DNA from: a virus
Taxonomy: Duplodnaviria > Caudoviricetes
Direction: 5' to 3' (one strand)
DNA: 58,493 nucleotides
Virus record (IMG/VR): IMGVR_UViG_3300044695_005296
Coordinates: 1-58,493 of that record
How positions within the stretch are numbered: the first letter of the stretch is position 1; the number at the start of each line of letters is the position of its first letter. The notes under the pieces are model-generated. The model had not been told where the DNA came from. It did not search any database and worked only from the letters and a program-made list of their open reading frames with translations. Of this stretch, positions 28,301 through 40,300 are shown in pieces. A program made the translations under genes and the position numbers.

Positions 28301-31300
28301 GTGCCTTTGTTTTCTATCGCAAATCCTGTAAGTCCCGCTTGCGCCCTGGTGACCACACCCTTTAGGCGATCCCGCTCTGCCAGGACTTTCTTTTTGCTAA
28401 TCTTGTCAAGACCTTTTTCTACGCGCTCTTGCTGGGCAACTATTGCATCAACGTTTGCCTCTGCGGCAGCAGCTGCCATTGCGGCCCTAACGACATCTGC
28501 CATGGTGGTGGAAATAATGTCGCCAAGTTCCTGGAATCGCGTAGCAAATGCGGTGCCCATAATGTCTGCCAAGGCCTCGCCCTGGAATTGACCCGTTGCA
28601 AGAATAGATTCAATTGGCAGTCCGGCGTCGCCAAACATTGCGTAGAATTCTTCCTGGGCATCGGCCGCCTTGATCTTTCCTTCTTGAATATCCTTAAGGA
28701 GCTTCTGCGCTCGTTCCTGAAGCCTCCTAGCCCGCTCTTGCTGGTCCGCCCCAAGGGTTTGTTCTTTTTCTTGATAATATGTTGAGACCTGCTGATATTG
28801 AACGCTGTTTTTTGCTTGCTCAATTGACGTCTCCATAGACGACAGCTGATAATCCGCCTCTTCTTCTTGTAGCTTTTTGGCGGCCTCTCGTGCGGCAATA
28901 GCGGCCTCGATTGGATCCTTTTGTGCGTCAAACAGGCCAAGGGTTGCGCGCGCTGCGTTTTCCTGAGCGTCGTTTAATGCATTAAGCTTTTCCTGCTCAG
29001 CACGCTGCTCTTTCATTGCAGTGTACTGTTCTTCCAAAACACCAAGCCGCATAATTTCGCCGTTGTGCAACGCGTCAACGTTGTAGATGGCGTCTTCTTG
29101 CTCGGCCTTCAACTGCGCGGTTTCTTCCGCGAATGTTTTATTAAGAAGCTCCATTGCCCTTGAAAGGAATTGATCAAATGCAGTTGCAAATGGATCAAAG
29201 ATCTTGGCAAGCGCCTTGGAAAGCTTGTCTAGGTTCTTTTGCGCGTCGTCTAGGCTTTCATTGAGAAGCTTAAGCGAATCACTTGTGGAGAAGAGCGCCT
29301 CGTCTGGCGTGCCCTCTTTATTAAATTCTCCCGTGAACGCCATTCCCTTTCCGCCCAAGCCGAATTTACTAAAAATCATTTCGTCTATTTGCGCTTGGCC
29401 AAAGTTCTCTGCAAGATATGCAGCCGGGTCAATTATCGCTGCTGGGAGTGTCGAGGTTGGGAGGCGGTAACCGCCAGCGTAATACATACCCTTTTCGCCA
29501 GTGACCGCGCCACTTGACATCCCCGCCCCCGCCGCGAGCTCTGTAATGAGAGAAGTCCCGTCGTCCCTAGACATGATGCCCATAGATACCAAGGCATAAA
29601 GCTTGTCGGCCATTTCACTGCCGATTCTTGCTGCAGCATTAGTGTTTGTAGCCTGATTGAATGCGACCATTTGCGAATCAAACGGGCGCATTGCCTCTCT
29701 ACTCAGGGCGCCAGACTGATATGCCGCAACTTCTTTTTCTACAGTTGCCTTTAAGTAGCCTGCTGTTTTTCCAGCTTTTGTCGGGGTGTAAATTGAAACG
29801 CCGGTTTCCCCTTCAAGGTTGTTTGCGGTGTACATTCCAGAAGCAACCAGCTCGTCCATTTCGGACGCTGATTTCTTTATGGTTTCTATCTGATCGTCGA
29901 TTACCTGCTTAGTGCTATAAGAAGCCTGTCCGGTAAGCGGGTCTTTCTTAATTTCCTTAACTGCAAGCCCACTGTCCTTCCAGGTCTTGGCAACATCTTG
30001 CATCTGCTTGCGGTCATTAGCACGACTTTCTTCGTAAGACATAACGGCAGCTTTGTTAGCAGAATTTACTGCTTCATTTGCAAGTACAAGACCTCCCAAT
30101 AGTGTGCCGAGGCCCATCATGCCGCCGCCCTTGCCAAAGAAGCCGCCTACTTTTCCAAGAATCCCCGAAACTCCGCCCATTGGCGCTATAGCTAGAGCAA
30201 CCTGGGAAGCAGTCTGCAAAACTGCCGCAAAGCCAATAAGTCCTTGTGACGCTTGCGCAAGTCCATCAATCTGCATACCAAACGCAGACGTAATTGCCTG
30301 CACGGCCATTCCGAGGCCACCAAGGGTCATGGCAGCCTTGGATGCCATGCCGGTCATTTCGGCAAAGGCCTCGGTACCGCCACCCATTAGTTGAATGTCG
30401 TCAATCGTTGAAGCGGCCGCCACAACAGCAGCTTCTATTTTTTCTTTTGCGGTTACCGGAAGATTTCGGTCTCTTTCCGGTCGACGATTTATAATGTCTT
30501 GCAAAGCGCGAGCTTTATTAATCTCGTAGGCAAGCCCCGTTGGGGAACCAGCCAATCCCTGTAGCCCCTCGACGCCTTGGGCAGCTACCCGTTGCGCCGG
30601 AGTCATGTATTCTTCGTCAATTGGGAGAGGGTTTAATCCCTGCTCTTTCCTTGCGTTGTTCTCCCTATGTTGTTCAGCCCTTCGCTCATCGCGCATTTTT
30701 CTGTATTCGTCAATGTTTAAACCAGATTCAAGAGCCAAAAGCTTTTCATCAGATTCGTATTTATCTAAAAGAATTGACCTGCCGCTCTTTGTAATCTGAG
30801 GATCTGCAATAGAGCCAGAGAGAAGGCCTGCCTTCAGCAATTGAACTGTTTTTGCGTGAGTCCTTTGGGCCAAGGCGAGCTCTTCCGCCGAGGCCGCCTC
30901 GCCAAGGGCTCGATATCTGGTGACTGGCTTCTGAACGGCCATGCCATCTGGGCGAACCTCGCCAGTGATCTCATATCCGGTGTACGGGATTGGCGCTCCA
31001 GCGTATATCCCTGTTGCGTGTTCCTTAAAGTAGCTTGGCGCGGCCCCCTGGCCCGCAAAATCTCCAGGCTTAAAGCCCGTAGTTTGACTAATTCCAATCC
31101 CGCGAGGCTCCATCGCCGATACCGTTTTGGGCTCCATCATTGGCTCGCCTGTTTCCGGATTGGACAAAGGCATTCCAGTTGCTGGGTCTATAACGGGAAC
31201 CATTACTTCTTTTGTTGGCCCAAGAATGCCGTATCTAGAGGCTCCGGTTCGACCGTATGAGCTCATTTCCACAGCAGCAACCTGCATATTTTGCTGCAAG

Positions 31301-34300
31301 CCTGCAAGCAAACCCGATACGCCGTTAGTGAGAATGGCCATACCTTCGATTGCTGCCTTCTTTACAACAAACGCGCCCATCAAGGATCCGATAAGCGGAG
31401 CAAGTTTTTCCAGAACTCCGGCCATTGCACCAAGCCCTGCGGCTATGCTTGAAATTAGCGGAAGGGCTGCCTTTAGGGCAATTACCAATCCCCCGCCAAT
31501 AATCTGTGCCGCAGCCGCGCCAAGCGCTTTAATTGCAGGGATTAGTGCCTCGGCAATATCTGGCCCAATTTCCATAAGCGGCGCAGCCGCCTGATCAACA
31601 GTGTCTGCAAAGCCAAGGAAGTTTGTTTCGTATGCGTTACGCAGAGCGCCAAGAGCCGCAATTGCAAGAGTGATTGTTGCGACTAGCGGGTTTGTGCTTA
31701 CCGCAGTCATCAGTGCCTTGATTGCCAAGGAGGCAACGACCGCTGCTCGGACTAGGTTATTAGAGAGCAAGTCCCCGATAGTTGCAATGCCGCTGCGCAA
31801 GAAATCTATTGCACTTCCCGTTTCTGATCCGCCGAATACCTTGGCAAACAAGTTACCAAAATACAGCATTGAATTAGCAATTACCTTCATTGATGCAGGA
31901 ATTGCCTCTCTTAGCGTATTCGCAAATCCTTGCAGGCTTTGTCCAATCTTTACAAATATCCCGTATGTTCCCTTTTGCTGCAACAATTCTGAGAAGCGCA
32001 CAAGCAAGTCACGGATGGCGTTATAAAGAGGGCCAGTCATAACCGCAACAAGCGATTGCGACATATCCGAAATGGTGCTCATGGCACCGGTCATCGTCTT
32101 AGAGAGGCGCTCCATTCCGCCGCCGTACTTCTCGCCAAGCCCCTCAATAATTGCCCCTGAGGCAGCCTTTCCTGAAATTCTTCCTGCGGTTGTTAGCCGA
32201 CGGATTGCTTCAATAGGGTTTGCATACAGGTCATTAAGAATTCTTCTTTGCTCATTAGTCATCTTGTCGCCAGTTGCTTCAATTTCTTGAATCAAAGCCT
32301 CTGACAAGATTTCGTAACCAGCAATACCGGCGTTAGCTAGCTGCATCATGTCGTTTTGATACACGCGACCAGCTGATCGCATCTGGCCCAAGGCGTACGT
32401 AATGCGCATGATGCGCTCGTCGCCACCACCAAGAGCCGCAACGGCGTCACCGATGTCCTTGATATAGCCGACTAGTTGCCCGGATTCATCTCTTTGGATA
32501 ACGTCACCAATGTTGAATCCGAACGCTTGCATTCGGACAGCCGCTTCCTGCAGCTGCGTGAAGTAGAACGGCGTAATGTTGGCGAACTCTTTAAGTCGGT
32601 CGATCATGCCGGTAGCACGACCCTCAGCAACTCCCATAGAGTCGCCTGCGTTATAGAACAACGTCGAGAACCCAACCTTTGCGTCTTCAAGCGCCTGGTT
32701 GAACTGGATAAAGCCTGAAGAAAGGTGGCTAATAGATCGGTAAATAGCGTTTGCTGCGTTCTGCGTAAGAACGAATGCAACAGCCAGTTTTGCCGTATCC
32801 TTAAAGGTGCTGATTAATCCGCTGCCGCTGCTTGTTGCAGCGTCTAGCGCCTGGCTAAAGTCAAGCGATCCCTCAGATGCTCGCATAACGGCATCGTCAA
32901 AGTCTTGCATGATCCCGACCATTGGCCGAGTCGCCATAAAGGCATTTTTCATTCCAGAGGCCATGTCGCCAATTTTGCTAAGCCCAGGGAACGTATTCAT
33001 TCCTTGCATGACGTTGTCGAGATCTGAGAAGCCTTGCCCGCCAAATGCAAATGGCATGCTTGTTGCGCCAGCGTCCCCGCCAATCAGCTCCCTGTAATTG
33101 CTATCAAATATTGCCTTGCTGATAGATTCGGCAAGATCGGTTGATAGTGGGTCAAAGTATGGCTGCACTGCTGTTGATCCAGAAACAACTGGGCCAACAG
33201 GTCCGCCACGTCTCCCTCGCTTTGTTGCAGGAACCCTAGTTCCTGGCTGCGCGCCAAGGAGAGGATGGTCTGGTCTGTACTCTCGTACAAATGGGAGAAG
33301 CTCTGGGAACTGCTCTGCAAGTCCGGCAATTGCCGACGAGGCCAAGCTTGTTCTTGCCAGTTCTGTTCCGGCAAGCGGTCTGTCTGGAAGACCGGCCATC
33401 CTGCGTACTTGTCCCCTGTAAATCTGATTTTCTTTTCCGCCGCCAACAACTCCGGTGAGAAGAAGCTCAGAAATTGTAGAAAGAAGGTTTTGGCCCGCTG
33501 CGGAAACTGCAGCAACCCTGCCTGCTGGCTCTGGAACAAAACCAGGACCAGTGCTTGGTGGTGCCGCAGGTCCAGCCGGCTTCTTCTTTCCCCCCTTACG
33601 CTTAGCGCCACCTGCTGCCTCTACGAGTGTGGCAAGCTGCTCTGGATCATCTGCGTCGCTACCTACAATTCCGTGTGGAACCGTCGGACTTGCAGCAACG
33701 CCCAGCTTATCCGTAAGCATTGCCGTAAGCGCTGGTATGTTTTTTGCTCTGCCTAAAGTGTCAAGAACAACAGCGGCGTCAAGGATTCTTTCTGGCCTAA
33801 TTGACTCAAAGACCTTGCTTCGCTCGCTGGCTGGAGTTGCCTTAAGCGCACCTTCAAGTGCTCTGGCAAACATTGCGCCAAGGTCCTTAGGGTTGACGCC
33901 GCCCGCAGCGGCAGCGCCAGTAAGCTGGCCAGACATATTCCTTCTCAGTCGAGCAGCAAATTCAGCAACTGGCTTAAGCGCCGTTCCAAAATGTTGCGAA
34001 AGATCAAAGGCTCTAAGCAAACCGCCCTGATAGGGATTTGCGCCACCGGCAATTCCAGGAAGGATTGAGCCAATGTCCGTAATTCCGCCTGGGCTGCCGG
34101 CTTTTCTTGCTCCGGCATTCATCTGCCGAGTAGAAAGAGCCAAGCTGGCTTCTGTCTCTCCGGGTTGCAATATCTGCGTTGATTGCGCAAGCAGTTCTGC
34201 GTACTGGCTTAGGCCCGCACCACGGGATGCTTCCAGCATCCTTACCTGTGGGCCAAAGTGCCCAGGAACGTTGATATGCATACCTTGTGCATTTGGGTCA

Positions 34301-37300
34301 ATGTCAGCTGCCGTTTTTTGGTCAACATATGCTGGCTCATACCCAGCTTTTTCCTTAGGGCTTAGGGCCTTGTACTTAGAGGCCGCAATTGCCCCCTTTG
34401 GCAAATCAAAATAGCTAAAGCCTTCAAGATTGTTAGCATCTCCAAGTGGTATGGTCTTTCCGCCGACCTTGCTTCCTTTTGGAACAAACATGTCTTCGCC
34501 AGAAATTCCAGAGAATACTCGGTACTGCGAAGGCACCGGGACGCCAATCTTCTTATATACTTCCCGCTCAATGCGGGCGCGCTCTGCTGGATCGGTTACG
34601 CCTTTTACGCGATCCGCAGTTTCCAGTCTTGCATTGTCAACTTTTGCGTGAGTAAACTCGTGCGCAAGCGTAGTCAGCGCGCCGCCAAGCGTAACGTTGA
34701 CTGGATCTTGCCTCCTGCCGCCCAGGTCCATATCGACAGTTCCCGTGCCGCCCTTGCTTACTGGCGAGTAAGACGCCCAAGCTCCCTGGGTCGCAATAGG
34801 ATTTCCAAATTGAAGATCTATACCGCCAGGAACCCCTGGAGGTGCAAACTTTTGAGCAAAGTCTGCAAGGATATTTGCCAAACCACCAACTGCTTTTGGA
34901 TCATTGCCAAACTGAGTAAGGTGCGAAGCAAGAGTTGCCGATCCGGCAAGTCTTAGGCCAGGTGGGATTGGAGCCCCACCAAGTCGCGTAAGATTTGATG
35001 GTCCGTCTCCGTATTGAACGGTGCTTATTGAAGGAAGCCTTACCGCCCCTGGTCCGCTTGGCTTCTTCTTTTGCAACGCTGGGTTTGCGGCAATCTGCGC
35101 AATGTCTGGCGCATAGGTTGAAGGAACCTGACCAAGCATGCTAAACAGCACCTTGCGAAGAGGGATACCCTTCAGGTCGCCGCTCTTAAATGCTGCGGTG
35201 CCCGTGTCTTCGATATCCTTAAGGATGCCGCTGAACATGCCCATGATGGACTTGCGTGCCTTTGGTGCAATGCCGCGCAGGGCTTTCTGCATTGATCCGC
35301 CAGCAAACTCTCCCTGGCCCGTAGCGGCTTCAAGGATGGTCTTTTGGAACGACTCAATACTCTGCCTGAACAGGCTTGGGTTCATCTTTTGGCCAGCAAG
35401 AGATACCTTCAGGTTCTTGATGGCGGTAAGGGTTACCTGCTCAAAGGCGGTCTGCAGGGCTGTGTACGGGGTGCCAGTAGCAGCTCCACCGCTGCGCTTG
35501 CTGTATTCGGCAAAGGGGTTTGTCAGGCCGTTCATACTGCCACCCCCTGATCTTCGTGATAGTTCCCGACCGTCCGGCCGGGCTGCGCCCCGCGATTCAG
35601 CCATGCGACTCCTAAACGCTTCACGTGCGCGTCTGAAGATAGCATCGACTGTTGCGAGTGCTTCCTGCTCACTATATCCCCCTGCTCGCAATGCTTCAAG
35701 CAATTGCGGCTCTATAACTTTTCGCCGCGTCATGATGCCCGCAAGGGTAGCGGCTTCTTCCCTTGCGAGTTTTGTTTGAGTGTCCCGGAACTTTCCGGGG
35801 ATTCCAATTGGCACATCGCTGGCTGGGCGATATGGCTGTTGTCCAATCCTGCCGGTGCCCGGTGGGCTCAGGGTCAGGTCGTGATCAATGGCGGTCACGC
35901 GATAATTTCCAGGAGAGCCTACGCCGCCCTTCGGGTCGGCTAAATTGAGGAGGTAGTTAAGTCCGTGTCGGTCAAATGTCTGCCCAAGATGATCAAGGAT
36001 CTGCATGCGCCTTCCGCCCCTGCTTGCAAGCCACGGCTTATCGCGAAGGGCTGGATCATCTGAGCGCGGGCCTAGGGGCTGGGAGAAGCGACCGATAATC
36101 TCGTCGTCTTCCCATACATCAACCATCTTTGACGGAGGTGCGTTGCGCTTGTTGACAAAGTCAATTGCGGTTTCCCCTGGGGCCATTGGCTGAATTGCCA
36201 TTCTCCTGCCACCAATGCTGCGCTCCAGAATTGTTGGGGTGTCCACCCCGAGAAGCCCAGCAAGGATCTCCATTGCCTTGTTTGGGAATTTACCCTCCAT
36301 CGGCTGCGCAAGGACATTTCTTACTTCTCCAGTAAGAGTTTTCAAAGCAAGGATTTGTTTGCCAGCCCCGCCAGACCAGTGGCCGATGCCGTGCGAGCCC
36401 ATGCCGGTAATGTCTCCGCCCAGCAAGTCCTGCAGCGTCATCCCATAGGTTTGTCCACCAGTAATCTGCTGCATGATGTTTGGCCTGCCCCTACCAAAGA
36501 GACCGCCAAGCATTCCACCAATGCCGCCAGAGCGCTTGCTGTATTCAGCCCATTGGTTGTTTCTTGCCAAAATGCGCGCAACTCGATAGCCAAGTTTATT
36601 TTTTGCGTCTACATCGGGATGCCCGCCAAGGGCAGCGTCTGGCGCCCCCCATGCGCGACTGCTCCATTTTGCAAACATTTGAGCCATCCACTCGGTCCCA
36701 ACATGCATTTGCCCTCTAATAGAGCCATATCCGCCAATTTTCCAAAGCTCTTGCATTGCTTCATTAATATTTTTATATTGCTTTGGAAGGACGCTGGCAA
36801 GCGGACCCTGCTTCCCCATCAGCATCATTTCGCCAATTTTTCGCATTTGGAGTTGCTCAGTAACATCCTCTACCATAAATCCTGTTTTGTTACTTCCATA
36901 CATCGTTTTTTGTTTCTTACTGCCAGGATGGAAAAAGCCACTGTAAGCGCCGCCCTGCCTGTTGCTTTTGCCGTCTATTTCTCCAGGCAAATAAAAATCT
37001 TCTGGCTTTAATCTTCCGCCAGTAGTCTCTTCAACATTTGCAAGCGCGGCCATCTGCGCCATGCCCTTTTTGTAGTCATAATGGTAGCCCCTGGCGCCGC
37101 GACCCATGCCATCTCTTCTGTCTCCGTATACAAACTCATCATATGGCTGATACCCGTAAAAACTAATACCTTTTTGTTTCATTGCTTCTTGATATTTGTC
37201 AACAGCCATTACGTGACCGAGCTCATGGGCAAAGATGCCGTGTATGCTCTGCGCCCTGCCAGCAAGGCCATCCTTGCTCGCAAAACGAGGATTCTTTGAC

Positions 37301-40300
37301 TTGTAGTAATCAAAGTATGCATTCTTGTCGTGTGCCGAATCTGGCGTAAGCAAATAATCCATCAGGTTTATCGGTCCAGAACCGACTGATGCCGTGCCAG
37401 TAGCGCCCCCATGCAATTTTTCGTATGACATCCTGATTCCGGTACTTCTTGGACCAGCAAGCTCTTGCATTTGTTCTGGATACTTCTTGTGGAAGCTTTC
37501 TACAGCTGCAATAATTTCTTGCAGTCGCCCTCGGTGAGCATCAGCCGGAACATTGTCAATTCGCAAGCCGCTAGGTGTCACTACTTGGTAATACGGAATG
37601 CCTCGGTGTCCGCTTGGCCTTGGGATTGGCTGTCCTTTACGGGGTCCAGCTACATACGTTTCGTTCTGGGGGTAAAATCTTGTTCCGCGCGTAAATGAAC
37701 CAAGCAAATTTTCTTCGCTTAATCTAAAAGCGGTTTGCCCTAGGTAATTTGGGTCTCCCGGACCCATCCTTCTAACAAGTTTTTCTTGCATTGGGTACGA
37801 TGTCTTGCCAGACCTTCGCGCAAACTCCATTGGGCTGTAGGCAATGCCCTGCTCTGCAAGGCGGGCTTCTACTCTCTTGATCTCTGCACGGATTTTTCCG
37901 TACATGTCAACAACCTTGTCTCCACCCATATGCATAAAGCTGCTTCTAGCGCCTAGGTCGGTAAATTCAAACCCGAGCGCCTCGTACAGGCCCATACCTC
38001 TTTCACTGGCTTTTAAGCTCAGTCCACCAGGGCTGCCTGGTCGCATGTTGAGGCGGGGGAGATCTTCTGGGGACACACCGTATTTAGCCTCTAGGGCGCC
38101 GGGGTATCTTCTTCGAGCCTCCATAGTTGCCCGAGCGTGCCGACGCAACTCATACGCCATAAGGCTTGTGCCGACACCTGGCACCCCAAGGCCGGACAGG
38201 CCAGCAAGTTTGCCTTGCTCGCCAGTGCCTGGCATTCTATGGGTCATTGCGCCAACAACAAGATTTCTTAGGCCAGCAGCGTCTTCCATGCCTGGGACAT
38301 AAAACCTATTTGGCGCGGTAGCAATAAACCCGCCCGTAAGCCCAATGCGGCGATTGCCGCTTTGGCCGGCCCTCCTATCTCTTCGCGCACCAGGCGTACC
38401 CGCGCTCACCTCTCTAAACGCATCAAAACCACTCATTTCGTCAAGGGCAGAACCAACCATATCCGCACGCGCCCTTCGATCAGTGTCCGTTGCATCCATC
38501 AAAGCTGAGCTTGTGAGCACTGAGCCCGGAGCCAATGTGGCAATTGATCCCATTCCTGATCGCTGGCGTCTAAACAGTTGGTACGCCCGAGCTGCAGCCA
38601 TTTGATCTGCTCGTGAAGTAATTCTTCTAACGTTTCCATCGTTCTGAACTGAAACGCCCATAGCCTGAAGCTGAGCATTAATCAACCGCTCAGGGTCTGG
38701 GGCAATTTCCCGAACCCGCATACCGGCGTTGTGGGATGCCACAAGAGCTTCCGCAAAAATCTGCTCGGGGCTTCTGCCAGCAAGGTTTTGAGGAATTATA
38801 GGCCTAGATCCCCTGCTTGCTCGACCAGGAATGAACTCTTTTCCTGTAACCAAAGACGTCCTAGTTTCATCTTCAAAAGTCACTGGTCGAGCTTTTTGGT
38901 CCCTCTGTTTTCTTTGCAGCATTTCGCCAAGCAGCCGAATCGGTCTTGGGAGCTCAGCAAAATCCCCACTAGGAAGATCTTGTGGAAGCATGACCCCGCG
39001 TCCAGTTGCCCTGGTTCTTGCAGCAAGTTTTCTCTGGGCCCCAGAACGGCGCGACATTTGCAGCATTTGATAATACTGTCCGGCATCGGTCGATCCCGAA
39101 GATGCCTCTGCCTCTCTTGTAATTGCAGCAGCCTCTAGCCGTGTTCGAAGGGTCTCCATGTACTTTTTAGTGTCTCTATATGAATATCCAGCAGACAAGA
39201 AAGATTCTTCAACAATCTTCATTGACCTCTTGCCGCCAAGAATTCCCCTTAGAGTTTTTGCTTCTCGCGCAGATGCGTCTTGTTCTTGCTTGTTTAATTT
39301 TACTCTTGAAAGTGTTCCGCCACCTTTATTCCACGGCAGCAGTGCGCTCAATGACTGAGGAATCTCTCGCGGCTTATAGCGCGCAGAGAATGAGGAGAAT
39401 TGCGGCGTATTGTTTAACTGCCTATCAAGGTCTGAGATGGGCCTATCAAGGCCGCGCATGCTAAATAAATGCTCATTATCAATGCCGACGATTCTTTTTC
39501 TTCCGCTTCGACCCTTGCCGACCATGATGTTGCTGCCGTGTCGATCTGACTGGCCAAGGATCTGATCAAGGAGCATGATGCGTCGCATGTCTCTTGTTGA
39601 GCCAAGGTGCCTAGTTGCTTGCGTTTCAATTTCATTGTTAAATACAGGATTTCCAGGAAGCGACTTGCCCATTGTTTCAAAATTTTCAAGCCAAGGAATC
39701 ATCCATGCATTGCGGCTAAGTGGCCGGTGTTGACGAACTTCTGTGTGTTGGAATTTCCCAGAAGCGATTCTGCGGGTTGCGCCAATGTTTGTTCTAGCCG
39801 AAGAGCCAACTTGCGGTAGTCTTCCGCCAGTTGCCAGTTGCTGCTCTAATGGAGTTAGCCTTCTCCTAACGACAGCGGGCGTTGGAGCCCCAAGCATCCC
39901 GCCAAGAACCTCATATACTTTTTCTGCCATTGGGCTATATGGAGAAAGTTTCTTTCTTCTAGTTTTTCTGTCCCCCTGCCCAAGGTTTCTCCCGACCTCT
40001 CGGCCATCTCGTTGTCCTTTGAGCCCCCTGTCGTTCTCGGGGATCATGGCGATAGCTGTGCCTCGCACTCGATCTCGCCCCGTGCCCATGGAAACGGTGG
40101 TGGATAGTCTTTTTGTGTTTAGGCGTTGGGCGCCAATCTCTTGGCCGAACGACATGTCGCCTCTGCGGATTGCCTCCAGGATTCGACGATCTGGCACAAA
40201 TCCAAAGGCTGTCTCGGCAACGGAGCGGGAGCCAGAGCGTCGTGACATTTCGCGCGGTCCGCCCTTGCCCTCCTTGCCGCCGTAGCCACGACCGTCAACA

